Positions 1-9,602 of a stretch of 64,000 nt of DNA are shown in pieces. The stretch covers positions 18,789-82,788 of the forward strand of contig JAGRGY010000049.1 of assembly GCA_020445255.1 (NCBI GenBank). Reading direction: 5' to 3'. Made by a program: the position numbers and the translations under genes. This DNA is from Gammaproteobacteria bacterium. GTDB taxonomy: Bacteria; Pseudomonadota; Gammaproteobacteria; Chromatiales; Chromatiaceae. The notes beneath the pieces are model-generated. The model saw only the letters and a list, made by a program, of their open reading frames with translations. It was not told the DNA's origin and made no database searches. How positions within the stretch are numbered: the first letter of the stretch is position 1; the number at the start of each line of letters is the position of its first letter.

Positions 1-2
1 CC

Positions 3-1088
3 CTTCCGCCATCGGTACTGTACTACCGCGGCCAGCTGCAGTGGCTCGGCGGCATGGGCCTGGTCGTGCTCGCAGTCGCCGTGATGCCGATGCTGGGCAT
101 CGGCGGCATGCAGCTGTACAAGGCCGAGGCCCCGGGCCCGATGAAAGAGGAAAAGATCAAGCCGCGCCTCGCCGAGACGGCGCGCTCGCTGTGGGTGTTG
201 TACGTTGGGCTGACGGTGGCGTGCGCACTCGGATACTGGCTGACCGGCATGAGCCCCTTCGATGCGATCGTGCACAGCTACACGACCGTTTCCACCGGCG
301 GCTTTTCGACCCACGACGCAAGCCTCGGCTACTTCAACAGCTTCGCGATCGACCTGATCGCGATCCTGTTCATGCTCGCCGGCGGGATCAACTTTTCGCT
401 GCACTACCGCGCAGTACTGGGTCTTTCGCTGCGCCCCTATTGGCGCGACACGGAATCTCGCACCTTCCTGATCTTCATCGTCACGGCCGTGCTCGTGATC
501 GCCATGACATTGTGGTGGTTCGGCGAATACGCGCACCTGTTCGAGGCAATCGTGAATTCGGTATTCGAGGTGGTGTCGGTGATCACCAGCACCGGGTTCG
601 GTACCGCCGACTTCTCCAACTGGCCGAGCTTCCTGCCGGTTTCCCTGATCTTCATCAGCTTCATCGGCGGCTGCGGCGGCTCGACGGCCGGCGGCATCAA
701 GGTGTCGCGCATCCTGTTGATGCTGAAACAGGGGGCCCAGGAGATCGGCTACCTGATCCACCCGCGTTCGGTACGCCCGCTGCGTATCGGCGCGCACGTG
801 CTTTCACCGCGCATCAGCCAGGCGATCTGGGGCTTCTTCTCCGTGTACGTGCTGGTGTTCAGCCTGTTCACGCTGCTGATGATGGCTGCCGGGCTCGACC
901 AGGTCACCGCTTTTTCCGCGGTGGCCACCTGCATGAACAACCTGGGCCCCGGGCTCGGCGATGTCGCGCTGACGTTCGCCTCGGTCGGCAGCGGCGCAAA
1001 ACTGCTCGGCACGGTGGCAATGTTGCTGGGACGCCTGGAGATCTTCACCGTGCTGGTCATCCTGACACCCGCCTTCTGGCGCGATTGA
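3..1088 (+). CDS. trkH: Trk-type potassium uptake permease TrkH, C-terminal part (5' end outside window)
   Basis: The frame is open from the window edge to the stop at 1086-1088. The product is polytopic and carries the repeated TrkH/KtrB pore-loop glycine motifs (TVSTGGFSTHD, VITSTGFGTADF, GGCGGSTAGGIKV, CMNNLGPGLG). The competing ORF 41..1477 is an Arg/Pro/Gly-rich shadow frame. Confidence 0.85.
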   Translation, partial: LPPSVLYYRGQLQWLGGMGLVVLAVAVMPMLGIGGMQLYKAEAPGPMKEEKIKPRLAETARSLWVLYVGLTVACALGYWLTGMSPFDAIVHSYTTVSTGGFSTHDASLGYFNSFAIDLIAILFMLAGGINFSLHYRAVLGLSLRPYWRDTESRTFLIFIVTAVLVIAMTLWWFGEYAHLFEAIVNSVFEVVSVITSTGFGTADFSNWPSFLPVSLIFISFIGGCGGSTAGGIKVSRILLMLKQGAQEIGYLIHPRSVRPLRIGAHVLSPRISQAIWGFFSVYVLVFSLFTLLMMAAGLDQVTAFSAVATCMNNLGPGLGDVALTFASVGSGAKLLGTVAMLLGRLEIFTVLVILTPAFWRD

Positions 1089-1322
1089 ACGCCCAAACCG
1101 GGCAGATCGCCGACACAGGCATCTTGGGTGTGCTGGCAGATTCGCGATCCCACGGAAGCCAGCAGTGTGCGTCATATCCGTCACGCCACGGGTGGCGCGA
1201 CACGCGGATGCCGTTGCGTCCGACATCATCTGCCCGTCCCCTTCAGCCTGTGACTTGCCATACGTTCCGCTTTGCGACGAAAATTCCCGGCGATGGGTCA
1301 GCGATGGGGCTCAGGGGGATCG

Positions 1323-1766
1323 ATGGAGTACGCGCTGTTTGCCATTGGTGGGATTACCTTGCTGGTGCTCGGCGCCCTGATCTTGCGTTCGCGCAATCAC
1401 CAGACGCCGGAGACCGCCGAAGAGCACCCACGTTCGGCACTGCCGTCGCCGGAAACCCAGGCGGTGAGGCTGCGTGATGCCGACAGATTCTGGGGATTCC
1501 GCGTCGAATCGCATTGCCGAGCCTCGTCGCGGCTCGCCGGACGACAATTCGCGTTCGACGAACGTCTGCCGGTACCGGTAGCCGGCTGCGAATCCGGCCA
1601 GTGCGCGTGCTGCCTGATCGGGCTGCCGGAACGTCGCGTACTGGCCGACCGGCGCTCGGGCATGGACCGGCGGCGGAGCATCCGGCTGGAGGACTCCGAT
1701 CGACGCGCCGAACGGCCGCGACGCAGATCGGACCTGAACTTCTGGGGCGCCTACAGTCATCTCTGA
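1323..1766 (+). CDS. hypothetical membrane-anchored protein with Cys cluster and Arg-rich tail
   Basis: ATG at 1323 is preceded by GGGGGA. It has one N-terminal hydrophobic helix (ALFAIGGITLLVLGALIL), then C-x23-C-x4-C-x-CC (HCRASS...GCESGQCACC), then DRR/ERR/RRR repeats. I recognise no family. Confidence 0.45.
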   Translation: MEYALFAIGGITLLVLGALILRSRNHQTPETAEEHPRSALPSPETQAVRLRDADRFWGFRVESHCRASSRLAGRQFAFDERLPVPVAGCESGQCACCLIGLPERRVLADRRSGMDRRRSIRLEDSDRRAERPRRRSDLNFWGAYSHL

Positions 1767-1901
1767 CGAGGCGTCGGCGCGCTGCCCGACGGGGACGCCA
1801 CCGCGGTCGCACACGCAACCCATCTCCGCGACGTCTGGCGGAAACAGCCTTCGCCGATCACGCTTGCCGGGATCGGACGACCCCACGAAAATGCGCATCG
1901 C

Positions 1902-2621
1902 ATGGCCAGAGACAAACCGCGAAAAATCGTAACCCCGAAGATCGTCCAGGACGGCGGCCACCGGTCGTTGTGGCTGTGGGTCTTCGCGCTTGCCGCGCTG
2001 CTCGCATGGAGCTGGCAGGCCTATCGGTTCGGACTCGGTTATGCCGGATCGGAGGAGGTTGGCGAGACGTCCGGCAACGAGGAGTTGTACGCGCAAATCG
2101 TCGATCTCGAACAGGATCGCGAACGTCTCCGCTTCGAGGCGGCACGCTTCGAACGCAGCAGCCAGATCGACCGCCAGGCGATCGAAAACGTCAACGCCCG
2201 GATCGAGGCGCTGAAGGCAGAGCGCGCCGCGCTGCGCCAGGAAGCGGACCATCTGCGTGGACTGGTCGCCGAGGGTGACTCCAACTTCGCGATCAAGGAT
2301 TTCAAGCTGCGCAAGACCGGCAGCAGCAATGGCTATGCATACTCGTTCACCATCGCACGCGAGGTCGAAGGTGCCAAGCGCGTCGAGGGAGCCGTATCCG
2401 TCATCGTGCGCGGCGAGCAGAACAACGAGCTGGTGGAATTGCCGATGGAGACGGTCGCGAGCGACGGCACCAGCCACCACAAGCTCGGATTCAAGCAGTT
2501 TCAATCGGTCGAGGGTCGACTGGTGACACCCGAGGGCTTCACGCCGCTCGAACTCATGATCGACATCCAGATCACCGAGCCCAGCCCGAAGGCGCTGATC
2601 GTGTCGTTCGATTGGATCTGA
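1902..2621 (+). CDS. hypothetical single-pass membrane coiled-coil protein (reminiscent of DUF6776 annotations, unverified)
   Basis: ATG at 1902. The N-terminus is basic, followed by a TM segment (LWLWVFALAALLAWSW). A heptad-like E/R/A-rich stretch follows (LEQDRERLRFEAARFERSSQIDRQAIENVNARIEALKAERAALRQEADHL), then a beta-rich C-terminal domain. Confidence 0.6.
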   Translation: MARDKPRKIVTPKIVQDGGHRSLWLWVFALAALLAWSWQAYRFGLGYAGSEEVGETSGNEELYAQIVDLEQDRERLRFEAARFERSSQIDRQAIENVNARIEALKAERAALRQEADHLRGLVAEGDSNFAIKDFKLRKTGSSNGYAYSFTIAREVEGAKRVEGAVSVIVRGEQNNELVELPMETVASDGTSHHKLGFKQFQSVEGRLVTPEGFTPLELMIDIQITEPSPKALIVSFDWI

Positions 2622-2675
2622 GCGGGCAACCGACAATCGGTGCCGGCGCTGTTCCGCCGGCACGCGCAAGTTCGC

Positions 2676-3617
2676 TCAGTCGGCTGCGCCGGACGGCGCG
2701 TTACGCCGTTCACGCACCAGCCAGCGCACCAGATCGGTCCACATGCGCGAGACCTGGCTGTCGCTGGGCATGATGCCTGCGTGCGCCAGTTCCACGGTCA
2801 CGACAGGCACGTTCAGGTCCACACCTCCATAGTTGCCGAGCGACCCCGGAAACACGCCGAGACGGCGCAAGGTCAGGTCACCCAGGTATTCGGGCGCCTT
2901 CGGCGGACCGTCATGATCGATCACCCCATAGGGTGCGTGCAGCGAGATGATGATGTCCGGTTTGAATGACGCGATCTCATCGACCAGGTAGGCCACCTCG
3001 GGTTCGCTGGCGGCGTGCGGACCCGGGTAACGGCGTGGATCGCTGCCCGTTCGGGTCGCCCAGTAGTCCAGTGCCAATTCATCCCAGTCCCGGGTCGGGA
3101 AGTTGCGGTTCAGGTCCACGCCCCTGTCGTTCTGTCGCTGCGACTGATCGCGCAACAGGCCATCGGGATTGCTGAGCGGTACGAAGTGCCAATGGAACAG
3201 GCCGGAATGATGGACATCGAGGATCTCCATCCACTTGAATACGACCGACACCGACGAGTACTCGTCGCCGTGTATGCCGCCGATCACCAGAATACGGCCC
3301 ACCGGCACCTTCGGTGGTTTCGGTGGATACTCCTTGACCGCGAGCACCCGCTGCAGCACCGAGCGATGGCCAGTGTGTTGCAGCTGCTGGTCATGACAAT
3401 CGCGTTTCGACACGCTGCCCAGCTTCGCACCGATCTCGTCACACAAGGCATCGACGCCGGGCGGCACATCCCCGGCAGGCGCACCCTCGGCAAGCGCGGC
3501 TTGAAACGCCACGCAGCCCAGCAGCATGCCGGCGAGCAGCGTCCGGCGGCGCGCGCGACGGATCACTCCACCCGGCTTCGATACCCATGCCGCGATGCCA
3601 AGACATCGGCAGGACAC
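2676..3617 (-). CDS. secreted M14-family zinc carboxypeptidase / murein-peptide amidase-like protein
   Basis: M14 zinc ligand motifs are present: GGIHGDEYSS (HxxE), DLNRNFP and ISLHAPYG. A signal-like N-terminus (RRARRRTLLAGMLLGCVAFQAALA) is present. The start is uncertain: GTG at 3617 or ATG at 3527. The tracked ORF start at 3827 would overlap the upstream gene and is rejected. Confidence 0.75.
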   Translation of the reverse strand: MSCRCLGIAAWVSKPGGVIRRARRRTLLAGMLLGCVAFQAALAEGAPAGDVPPGVDALCDEIGAKLGSVSKRDCHDQQLQHTGHRSVLQRVLAVKEYPPKPPKVPVGRILVIGGIHGDEYSSVSVVFKWMEILDVHHSGLFHWHFVPLSNPDGLLRDQSQRQNDRGVDLNRNFPTRDWDELALDYWATRTGSDPRRYPGPHAASEPEVAYLVDEIASFKPDIIISLHAPYGVIDHDGPPKAPEYLGDLTLRRLGVFPGSLGNYGGVDLNVPVVTVELAHAGIMPSDSQVSRMWTDLVRWLVRERRNAPSGAAD

Positions 3618-3693
3618 TGCAACCACGAGCGAAGTAGACACCCTAGGGTACCGAGACTGACTGGAAGGTGAAGAACATGGATCGAACGGGCCG

Positions 3694-5073
3694 CTAACCG
3701 CGTTCAAACACGATCCGCCATTCACCCGAATCCTGCTTGCGCCACAGCTGTTCCTTCCACCCTTTGGCGTTGAAGTTGCTGCTTTCGTAGCGCTGGAAGA
3801 AGCGCGCAAGCACCGTATTGTCTTCACCCGGGTATGCGAGCAGGCTGACGTCGGACAGGTTCACACGGATGTACGACTTTGATCCGTTCACGCGCGTCTT
3901 GTAGCTGCGCCATTCATCGATGTTCTTGTCCAGCGACGTGAAGTCATCGGCGTAGAAGGACAGATATTTCTGGTTGTCACGCGCCGACCACGCCTGTCGC
4001 CAGGAATCGATCGCACGCTCCAGCCCGTCTCTTTCCGCACGTGCGACCGTGGCGTCCACCCAGGCCAGCCTGTCGTCCAGCACGATCGGCGTGTTCTGCA
4101 GATCGACGTAGCGACCGATATCGTCGAGCATGTCGTTGGACAGCACGACACAGCCGTCGCTGTCCTGCAGCGGTCTGTGGTCCTTGCCCTTCGGCAGGCC
4201 GTGCAACCAGATCCCCGAACCGCTGCGCGAGTTGATCTGGTCGACGAAATTCGGGTAGTTCAGCGTGTAGGCGCCACTGCCGTAGAAATCGTCCAGCTGC
4301 TCGTCGGTGAGGTGCGCGAGCAGGCGGTAGACGCCCACGGGCGTCTTCTTGTCGCCCTGTTCGACCTTGCCGTAGCCGTTCTTGCCGATCGACACGGAGA
4401 TGGTCTCGGCGGTGATGAAGCGACCATCCTCCTGCCGGACCACGTACATATTCCCTTCCGCCAGGTCGACCCACAGCACGTGTTTCATCGACGCCGGCAG
4501 TGCCAGCAGGCCGCGCGGCTGCAGTGTGCCGATACTCTCGGTAATGGCATCGTCGACAACCCGGGGCGACAGATCTACCGGCTCCGCGCGCGCGGCAACC
4601 AGTTGATTGGCCGCCTTGTTCTGCATGTCGGCGCGGGTGATCTCGGTGCTTCCCGGCTCGACGTCCTTGTCGTCGAGCCCGATCTTGACCACCTTCGGCG
4701 CGTATCGTGCGCATTCCTCCGAATGGATCTCACGGCACCGTTCGACCACGCGAAACGCCTTCATCGAGTCGCGAAAACGGCCGAGGAACACCACCCTGTC
4801 GCCATCCGGCAGCGGGACTTCGCCGACCTGTTCGATCGGCAGGATCCGCCCGAGGTCGTCGGCATTCTGACCTTTCGCGACTCTGATCTTCAGCGTGTGG
4901 TAGACGTGATCGATCGGTAACTCCGCCTCAGACGATTCGGAGCAGTCCCACCCCTTGGCGATGCCCGCATTGAAGCAGTACGCCTCGCCGGAAAATCCGG
5001 GAACCGGCTGCACGGCGATGCTCAAGCCACCCGCGAGCGCAAACGCTTTCGCCGTTCGGGGTAATACCCTCAT
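3694..5073 (-). CDS. L,D-transpeptidase (YkuD domain) with C-terminal NTF2/SnoaL-like domain
   Basis: The YkuD catalytic motif is present: GIWLHGLPKG...LQDSDGCVVLSN (His ... Ser/Asp-Gly-Cys). ATG at 5073 is preceded by GAGGAAAAG and followed by a signal peptide (MRVLPRTAKAFALAGGLSIAV). The C-terminal approx. 110 aa (IDSWRQAWSARDNQKYLSFYADDF...) look NTF2-like. Confidence 0.8.
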   Translation of the reverse strand: MRVLPRTAKAFALAGGLSIAVQPVPGFSGEAYCFNAGIAKGWDCSESSEAELPIDHVYHTLKIRVAKGQNADDLGRILPIEQVGEVPLPDGDRVVFLGRFRDSMKAFRVVERCREIHSEECARYAPKVVKIGLDDKDVEPGSTEITRADMQNKAANQLVAARAEPVDLSPRVVDDAITESIGTLQPRGLLALPASMKHVLWVDLAEGNMYVVRQEDGRFITAETISVSIGKNGYGKVEQGDKKTPVGVYRLLAHLTDEQLDDFYGSGAYTLNYPNFVDQINSRSGSGIWLHGLPKGKDHRPLQDSDGCVVLSNDMLDDIGRYVDLQNTPIVLDDRLAWVDATVARAERDGLERAIDSWRQAWSARDNQKYLSFYADDFTSLDKNIDEWRSYKTRVNGSKSYIRVNLSDVSLLAYPGEDNTVLARFFQRYESSNFNAKGWKEQLWRKQDSGEWRIVFERG

Positions 5074-5547
5074 ATCTTTTCCTCGGCGGCCGTTTGGCCG
5101 TTGCATGTGACGTCGGTCAGGCAGGTAGGAGCAGCTATCGGCGGACGCCGGCGGCGGCCGACCAGAGATCCTCTGCCCGACCCGATGCTCCGCACTGCCG
5201 TAGTACGGCGGTCAGGCCCCGAAGGGCCACCTGCCGGTCGCCCCCCATGCCCAGGCAACCGTTCGCCGCCGCGACGCTTTCTGTCACCACCGCTGCCTGC
5301 GGCGGGGCGTAAGATAATGCGACCGGCCGGTCCCGTTCAACCCGCAATCCGCCGGTTCCACTCCGCCCTAGTGGATCGGCAAGCGCTGTTTCAGCTTTAC
5401 TCCCGCCGCCGTGCGCGCCAGCGGCGCCGCTGTGGGTAGGTGCCATCGCCGATCCGCGCGCACCCGTTCCGGTATCGCGATACATTTCTCCACGCGCCTA
5501 GGATGGCGGCGCAACGGTACAGAACAGTACCGATTTGCCGACATATC

Positions 5548-8358
5548 ATGGGTACAGATCCGACCCCACCCTTACGCATGATCCGACCCGCCCACATCGC
5601 CTTTGCCGCACTGACGCTGCTCACCCTGGCGATGGCCGGGTGCGGCGGTGACGATCCGACCGACCTGCTCGCCGATGCCGAATTGGCGGAGAGCGGCGGC
5701 GACCTGCGCCAGGCGATCGCCAGCTACACCGAGGCGGCCCGCGTGGCGCCGGAAAACAGCTTTGTGCGCTGGCGCCTGAGCAAGGTGCTGTTGCGGGCGC
5801 GCCGGGGCGCCGAGGCGGAACGACAGATCCACCTTGCCGTGCGGCTACGGGCGGGGGAGAACCGTACCCGCCCGGCACTGGCCGAGGCGCTGTATCTGCA
5901 GGGTCGCTACCGTGACGTCGTCGATCTGGCGACTGAGGAGCTCGACCAGAGCAACAAGGGCGTCTTGCTGGCATTCCAGTCGCGCGCCCATATCGCGCTG
6001 GGCCACCTGGACGAGGCCGAGGCGGCACTGCGCCAGGCACGGGCGCTGTCTCCCTACCTGCCGGAGGTCGGCCTGGCCCAGGCAGACCTGTCGATCGCGA
6101 AGGGCGCCCTGGACGATGCCCAGGCCGCGCTGCGGCGGGTCGACATGATCGAACGCGACAATCCCTATGCAGCGGCGCTGCACGGCGAACTCGCTGCGCG
6201 ACGAGGCGATGCAGCCGCGGCCGGGACGCACTTCGCGGAAGCACTCGCCCAGCAGTTCCCACACTGGCACGACCGCTTGATGCACGCCCGGTTTCTGCTC
6301 GACACCGGCGACATTGCTGCCGCAGTCGGCGAAGCCGGCAGCCTTGTCGACGCGCATCCGGACCAGCCGGAGGTGATCGACTTCGCCCAACGCGCGTGGA
6401 CTGCCCACGGCGATCTGGATCGCGCCGCCGACCTGTTACGTCGGCGCATCGAAACAGCCCCCTCCGACGCACAGGCCAGCTATCGACTCGCGCGCCTCGA
6501 GTTCCGACGCGGAAGACCGGAACAGGCCCGGCAACTCGCCGACGCCGTGCTCGCGCTGACACCGGGTCATCCCGGCGCCGTTTCGCTCTTGGCTCGCCTG
6601 GCACTGCAGCGCGCAGAACCGGAGGCCGCCGAGACCCTGCTGCGCCCGCTGATGGCAGCCCAGCCGACCGATATCGAGGCAGGCAAGCTGCTGACCGCCA
6701 GTCTGATCGCCCAGCGCCGTTGGGATGCGGCCGATCAGGTGATCGACCGGTTGTTGCCGCTGCTGCCCGACGACATTGCTGCGCAGGTAGCGGATGCACG
6801 CTCCCGGCCCGACCGGGAGGAAGCAACCGCAGCCGGCGATGCGATCAGCGCCGCATTCGACGTCGACGCGCTGCCGACGATTTCGGCGCCGCGCGTTGCG
6901 GATGCCGTGGCGACGTCGGCCAGGCAGCCGCTGCAGCCCCCGGCGCCGCCTGCGCAAACGTCGGAGCCACCGTCTGCGACGCAGGCCGATGCAAAACACC
7001 TGCTGTTCAAAGCGGCCCGACAGGATATCGCCGACGGCGAGACCGCCGCGGCCGCGGACGCGCTGCGCCGGGTCCTCGCGATCGACACCTCCAGCTACGA
7101 GGCCCTGGCGGGGCTTGTCGAGCTGTCGATCCGCAACGACGGTGAACCTGATGTCACCGCGGACCTCGAACGCGCAATCGCCGAATCGCCGCGCAACACC
7201 GATTTCCTCGTGCTGCAGGCCGAGTACGCCGAGTCGCGTGCCGACTGGAATGTTGAGCTTCAGGCGCTCGAGGCGATTCTGGCAAACGAGCCGATGCGAG
7301 ACGATGTGCGCGCACGCATCGCGATGCTGCAATTGCACCGGTTCAACGCCCCTGACGCGGCACTGCGCGTGCTGACCGGACGCGAGGCCAGCACCGATCC
7401 CAACCTGCGTGCGACCCTGGCCGAGATCTACTACGAACTCGGTGACATCGATCGTGCCACCGCCGCATTTCAATCGCTGCGCGCCCTGGCCCCCGCACTG
7501 ATAGCGCCGTACATGCGCCTGGCGGCCTTGTGTGAGGTGAAAGGCAACAGCGGCGGTGCGCAGGCGCTGCTCGAACGCCTCGTCAGTCTGGCACCCGGCG
7601 ACGCCTATGCCGAACTGGCTGCGGCGCGCCTGCAGGCGGCACGGGGCAATACACCGCGGGCCCGTGACCTGGTCGGTCGATCGGCTGTGCCACGGGACGA
7701 TCCGGAACGGATTCGCACCCAACTCGATATCGCCCTGCACGAGCAGGCTTTCGACGAGGCTGTGCGCGTGGCGAGATCACTGTACGAGCACGAACCTGGC
7801 CCGGTCGCAATGCTGACCCTCGCCCGCGTACTTGCGCACAATGCCGACTGGGAACCCGCCATCGAGTTGCTCGAACAGCGCCAGATCCGGGCTCCTGACG
7901 ACACCTATGCCCTCGGTGATCTCGCCGCCGCCTACGCGGCCACCGGCCAGGCGCAGAAGAAGCTCGCCGTACTGGAATCCCTGGCCAGACTCCGGCCCGA
8001 TGATGCAGCCGTGCTCAACAACCTGGCCTGGGCGCTGCGCGAGTCAGACGCGGAGCGGGCCGCCTCTCTCGCACGCCGTGCGCATGAGATTGCGCCGGAA
8101 TCATTCGATGTCGCCGACACCTTGGCGGCGATACTCGCCGGGCAGCGTGACTTCCCCGATGCGATCGACATTGCCAGCCAGGTGATCGAAAGCTCGGGCA
8201 GCTCAGCGCCGCGCATGCGTCTGCGTCGCGCCGAGATCCAGCTGCTTGCGGGAAACACGGACGACGCCTTGCACGACCTGCGCGCGATCGATCCGGAAGA
8301 GATCCCAGTAGGCGGGCGCGAACGCCGCATGCTGATGCTGCACGCATTGCAGCCCTGA
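5548..8358 (+). CDS. large TPR-repeat lipoprotein (PEP-CTERM-system PrsT-like)
   Basis: Lipoprotein signal with lipobox (MIRPAHIAFAALTLLTLAMAGCGG). There are more than 15 Ala/Leu/Arg-rich 34-aa TPR-like units throughout. A Pro-rich insert is present (QPLQPPAPPAQTSEPPSA). The start is ATG 5548 or ATG 5578. Confidence 0.65.
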   Translation: MGTDPTPPLRMIRPAHIAFAALTLLTLAMAGCGGDDPTDLLADAELAESGGDLRQAIASYTEAARVAPENSFVRWRLSKVLLRARRGAEAERQIHLAVRLRAGENRTRPALAEALYLQGRYRDVVDLATEELDQSNKGVLLAFQSRAHIALGHLDEAEAALRQARALSPYLPEVGLAQADLSIAKGALDDAQAALRRVDMIERDNPYAAALHGELAARRGDAAAAGTHFAEALAQQFPHWHDRLMHARFLLDTGDIAAAVGEAGSLVDAHPDQPEVIDFAQRAWTAHGDLDRAADLLRRRIETAPSDAQASYRLARLEFRRGRPEQARQLADAVLALTPGHPGAVSLLARLALQRAEPEAAETLLRPLMAAQPTDIEAGKLLTASLIAQRRWDAADQVIDRLLPLLPDDIAAQVADARSRPDREEATAAGDAISAAFDVDALPTISAPRVADAVATSARQPLQPPAPPAQTSEPPSATQADAKHLLFKAARQDIADGETAAAADALRRVLAIDTSSYEALAGLVELSIRNDGEPDVTADLERAIAESPRNTDFLVLQAEYAESRADWNVELQALEAILANEPMRDDVRARIAMLQLHRFNAPDAALRVLTGREASTDPNLRATLAEIYYELGDIDRATAAFQSLRALAPALIAPYMRLAALCEVKGNSGGAQALLERLVSLAPGDAYAELAAARLQAARGNTPRARDLVGRSAVPRDDPERIRTQLDIALHEQAFDEAVRVARSLYEHEPGPVAMLTLARVLAHNADWEPAIELLEQRQIRAPDDTYALGDLAAAYAATGQAQKKLAVLESLARLRPDDAAVLNNLAWALRESDAERAASLARRAHEIAPESFDVADTLAAILAGQRDFPDAIDIASQVIESSGSSAPRMRLRRAEIQLLAGNTDDALHDLRAIDPEEIPVGGRERRMLMLHALQP

Positions 8359-8445
8359 CCGGCGTCTGCATACCGCCCGGAACCCGTCGCGTGGACCAGC
8401 CTCACACTGAGAGGCAGCCCGGGCAGGCCACGCCCTGTATTGCCT

Positions 8446-9435
8446 TCAGGGCGAATCAGGTACAGGACAACCCGCGACGCAATGACCTTCGCCATCGAAG
8501 GCCAGCTGCACATCGCTGAGCGGCACCACGACCGGCACCCTGCTGGCACCGATGAAGCGCGCGGTACGCGTTCCCTCGATCACCCTGCCATCCCGGGTGG
8601 CCGCCTCGTTCGCGTGCGACGCAATCACGGTGGTCGGCGCGATCAGTTCGTTGACGACGAAGGCCGCCTCTTCAGGTCCGGTCGTGAACGTGTCACCGAT
8701 GTTGAGGACGACCAGTTCGGCGGCATAGTGGTCGCGCACGACGGTCCGTTGTTCGGCGGTGATGCCGGTATCGCCGGACAGGTAGACGACCAGCCCGTTG
8801 GAAAAGGTCAGGACATAGCCGGTCGGCGGTCCGGCGTAGGCGGTGATGCCGGCGGCCTCCATCATCTCGCCCAGTGGGCCACCGATGAATTCCGGCGCGA
8901 TCCCGTTGGAGTGCACGGCGGGTACCGTGGTAAAGGTAACGCCGCCGATGCGGCGCGAGCCGCCGAATCGCACCAGCAGCGCGTCCTTCGGATCACCGCC
9001 CCCGGTTGCAAGCCGCTTGGCGAAGAATTTCGGCATCTCGCTGCCGGTGAGGATGCTGGCCTTCTTCGCCAACGCGATCGCCACCGTGCTGCTTGCCGGT
9101 GTCGCCACCACCGGTGTCTCCGGATTCGCACATTCGCCGGTGTTGACATGCGCGATGTGCCGGTCTCCGACGTGATCGCCGTGCAGATGACTCACCAGGA
9201 CCACGTCGAGCCGCCCGAGGCGCGGATCGTCGGCACCGGCGACCGTGCGGCCCGCGTCGTACAGCACGCGTGTACCGTCCGGGTCCTCGAACAGCAGCGC
9301 CCTGTCGAAGCGGCAGAACTCGCCGTCGTGACTGCCCAGCGGCGTCACCTTCACCACGCCGGCGACCTCATTCGCCGCCAGCACCTGGCCGGTCAAGACC
9401 GCTGCGGCGAAAAAAAACCGGATCTTGTTGCACAT
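8446..9435 (-). CDS. secreted MBL-fold metallo-hydrolase
   Basis: HxHxDH motif (VSHLHGDHVGD). ATG at 9435 is preceded by GAGG and followed by a signal peptide (MCNKIRFFFAAAVLTGQVLAANE). Confidence 0.8.
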   Translation of the reverse strand: MCNKIRFFFAAAVLTGQVLAANEVAGVVKVTPLGSHDGEFCRFDRALLFEDPDGTRVLYDAGRTVAGADDPRLGRLDVVLVSHLHGDHVGDRHIAHVNTGECANPETPVVATPASSTVAIALAKKASILTGSEMPKFFAKRLATGGGDPKDALLVRFGGSRRIGGVTFTTVPAVHSNGIAPEFIGGPLGEMMEAAGITAYAGPPTGYVLTFSNGLVVYLSGDTGITAEQRTVVRDHYAAELVVLNIGDTFTTGPEEAAFVVNELIAPTTVIASHANEAATRDGRVIEGTRTARFIGASRVPVVVPLSDVQLAFDGEGHCVAGCPVPDSP

Positions 9436-9602
9436 GATGAGGGCCTCAGCACCTGGATCGGGTGTCCTATTATGGCGCTCAGGCGGAACGTCGCCAGGGT
9501 CAGCGCGGTCCTGAATGGGCGTGAACACACGGGCCACCCGCTCGTCTGATCCGGCGACTGCCGTCAACCTGGACGGCGGAATCGGCCCGGCGACAGGCGC
9601 AG

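Noticed and set aside
41-1477. A 478-aa ORF overlapping trkH in another frame, and similar very long ORFs elsewhere. Examples are 12855..14819 antisense to uvrB, 28212..30206 antisense to valS, 52633..54663 antisense to hrpB, 59656..61278 antisense to guaB, 24972..26585, 5621..6826 and 6436..7740.
   Set aside because: Their translations are monotonous Arg/Pro/Gly/Ala-rich strings with no motifs. Each overlaps a gene with unmistakable conserved motifs. Such shadow ORFs are expected in GC-rich DNA because stop codons are AT-rich.
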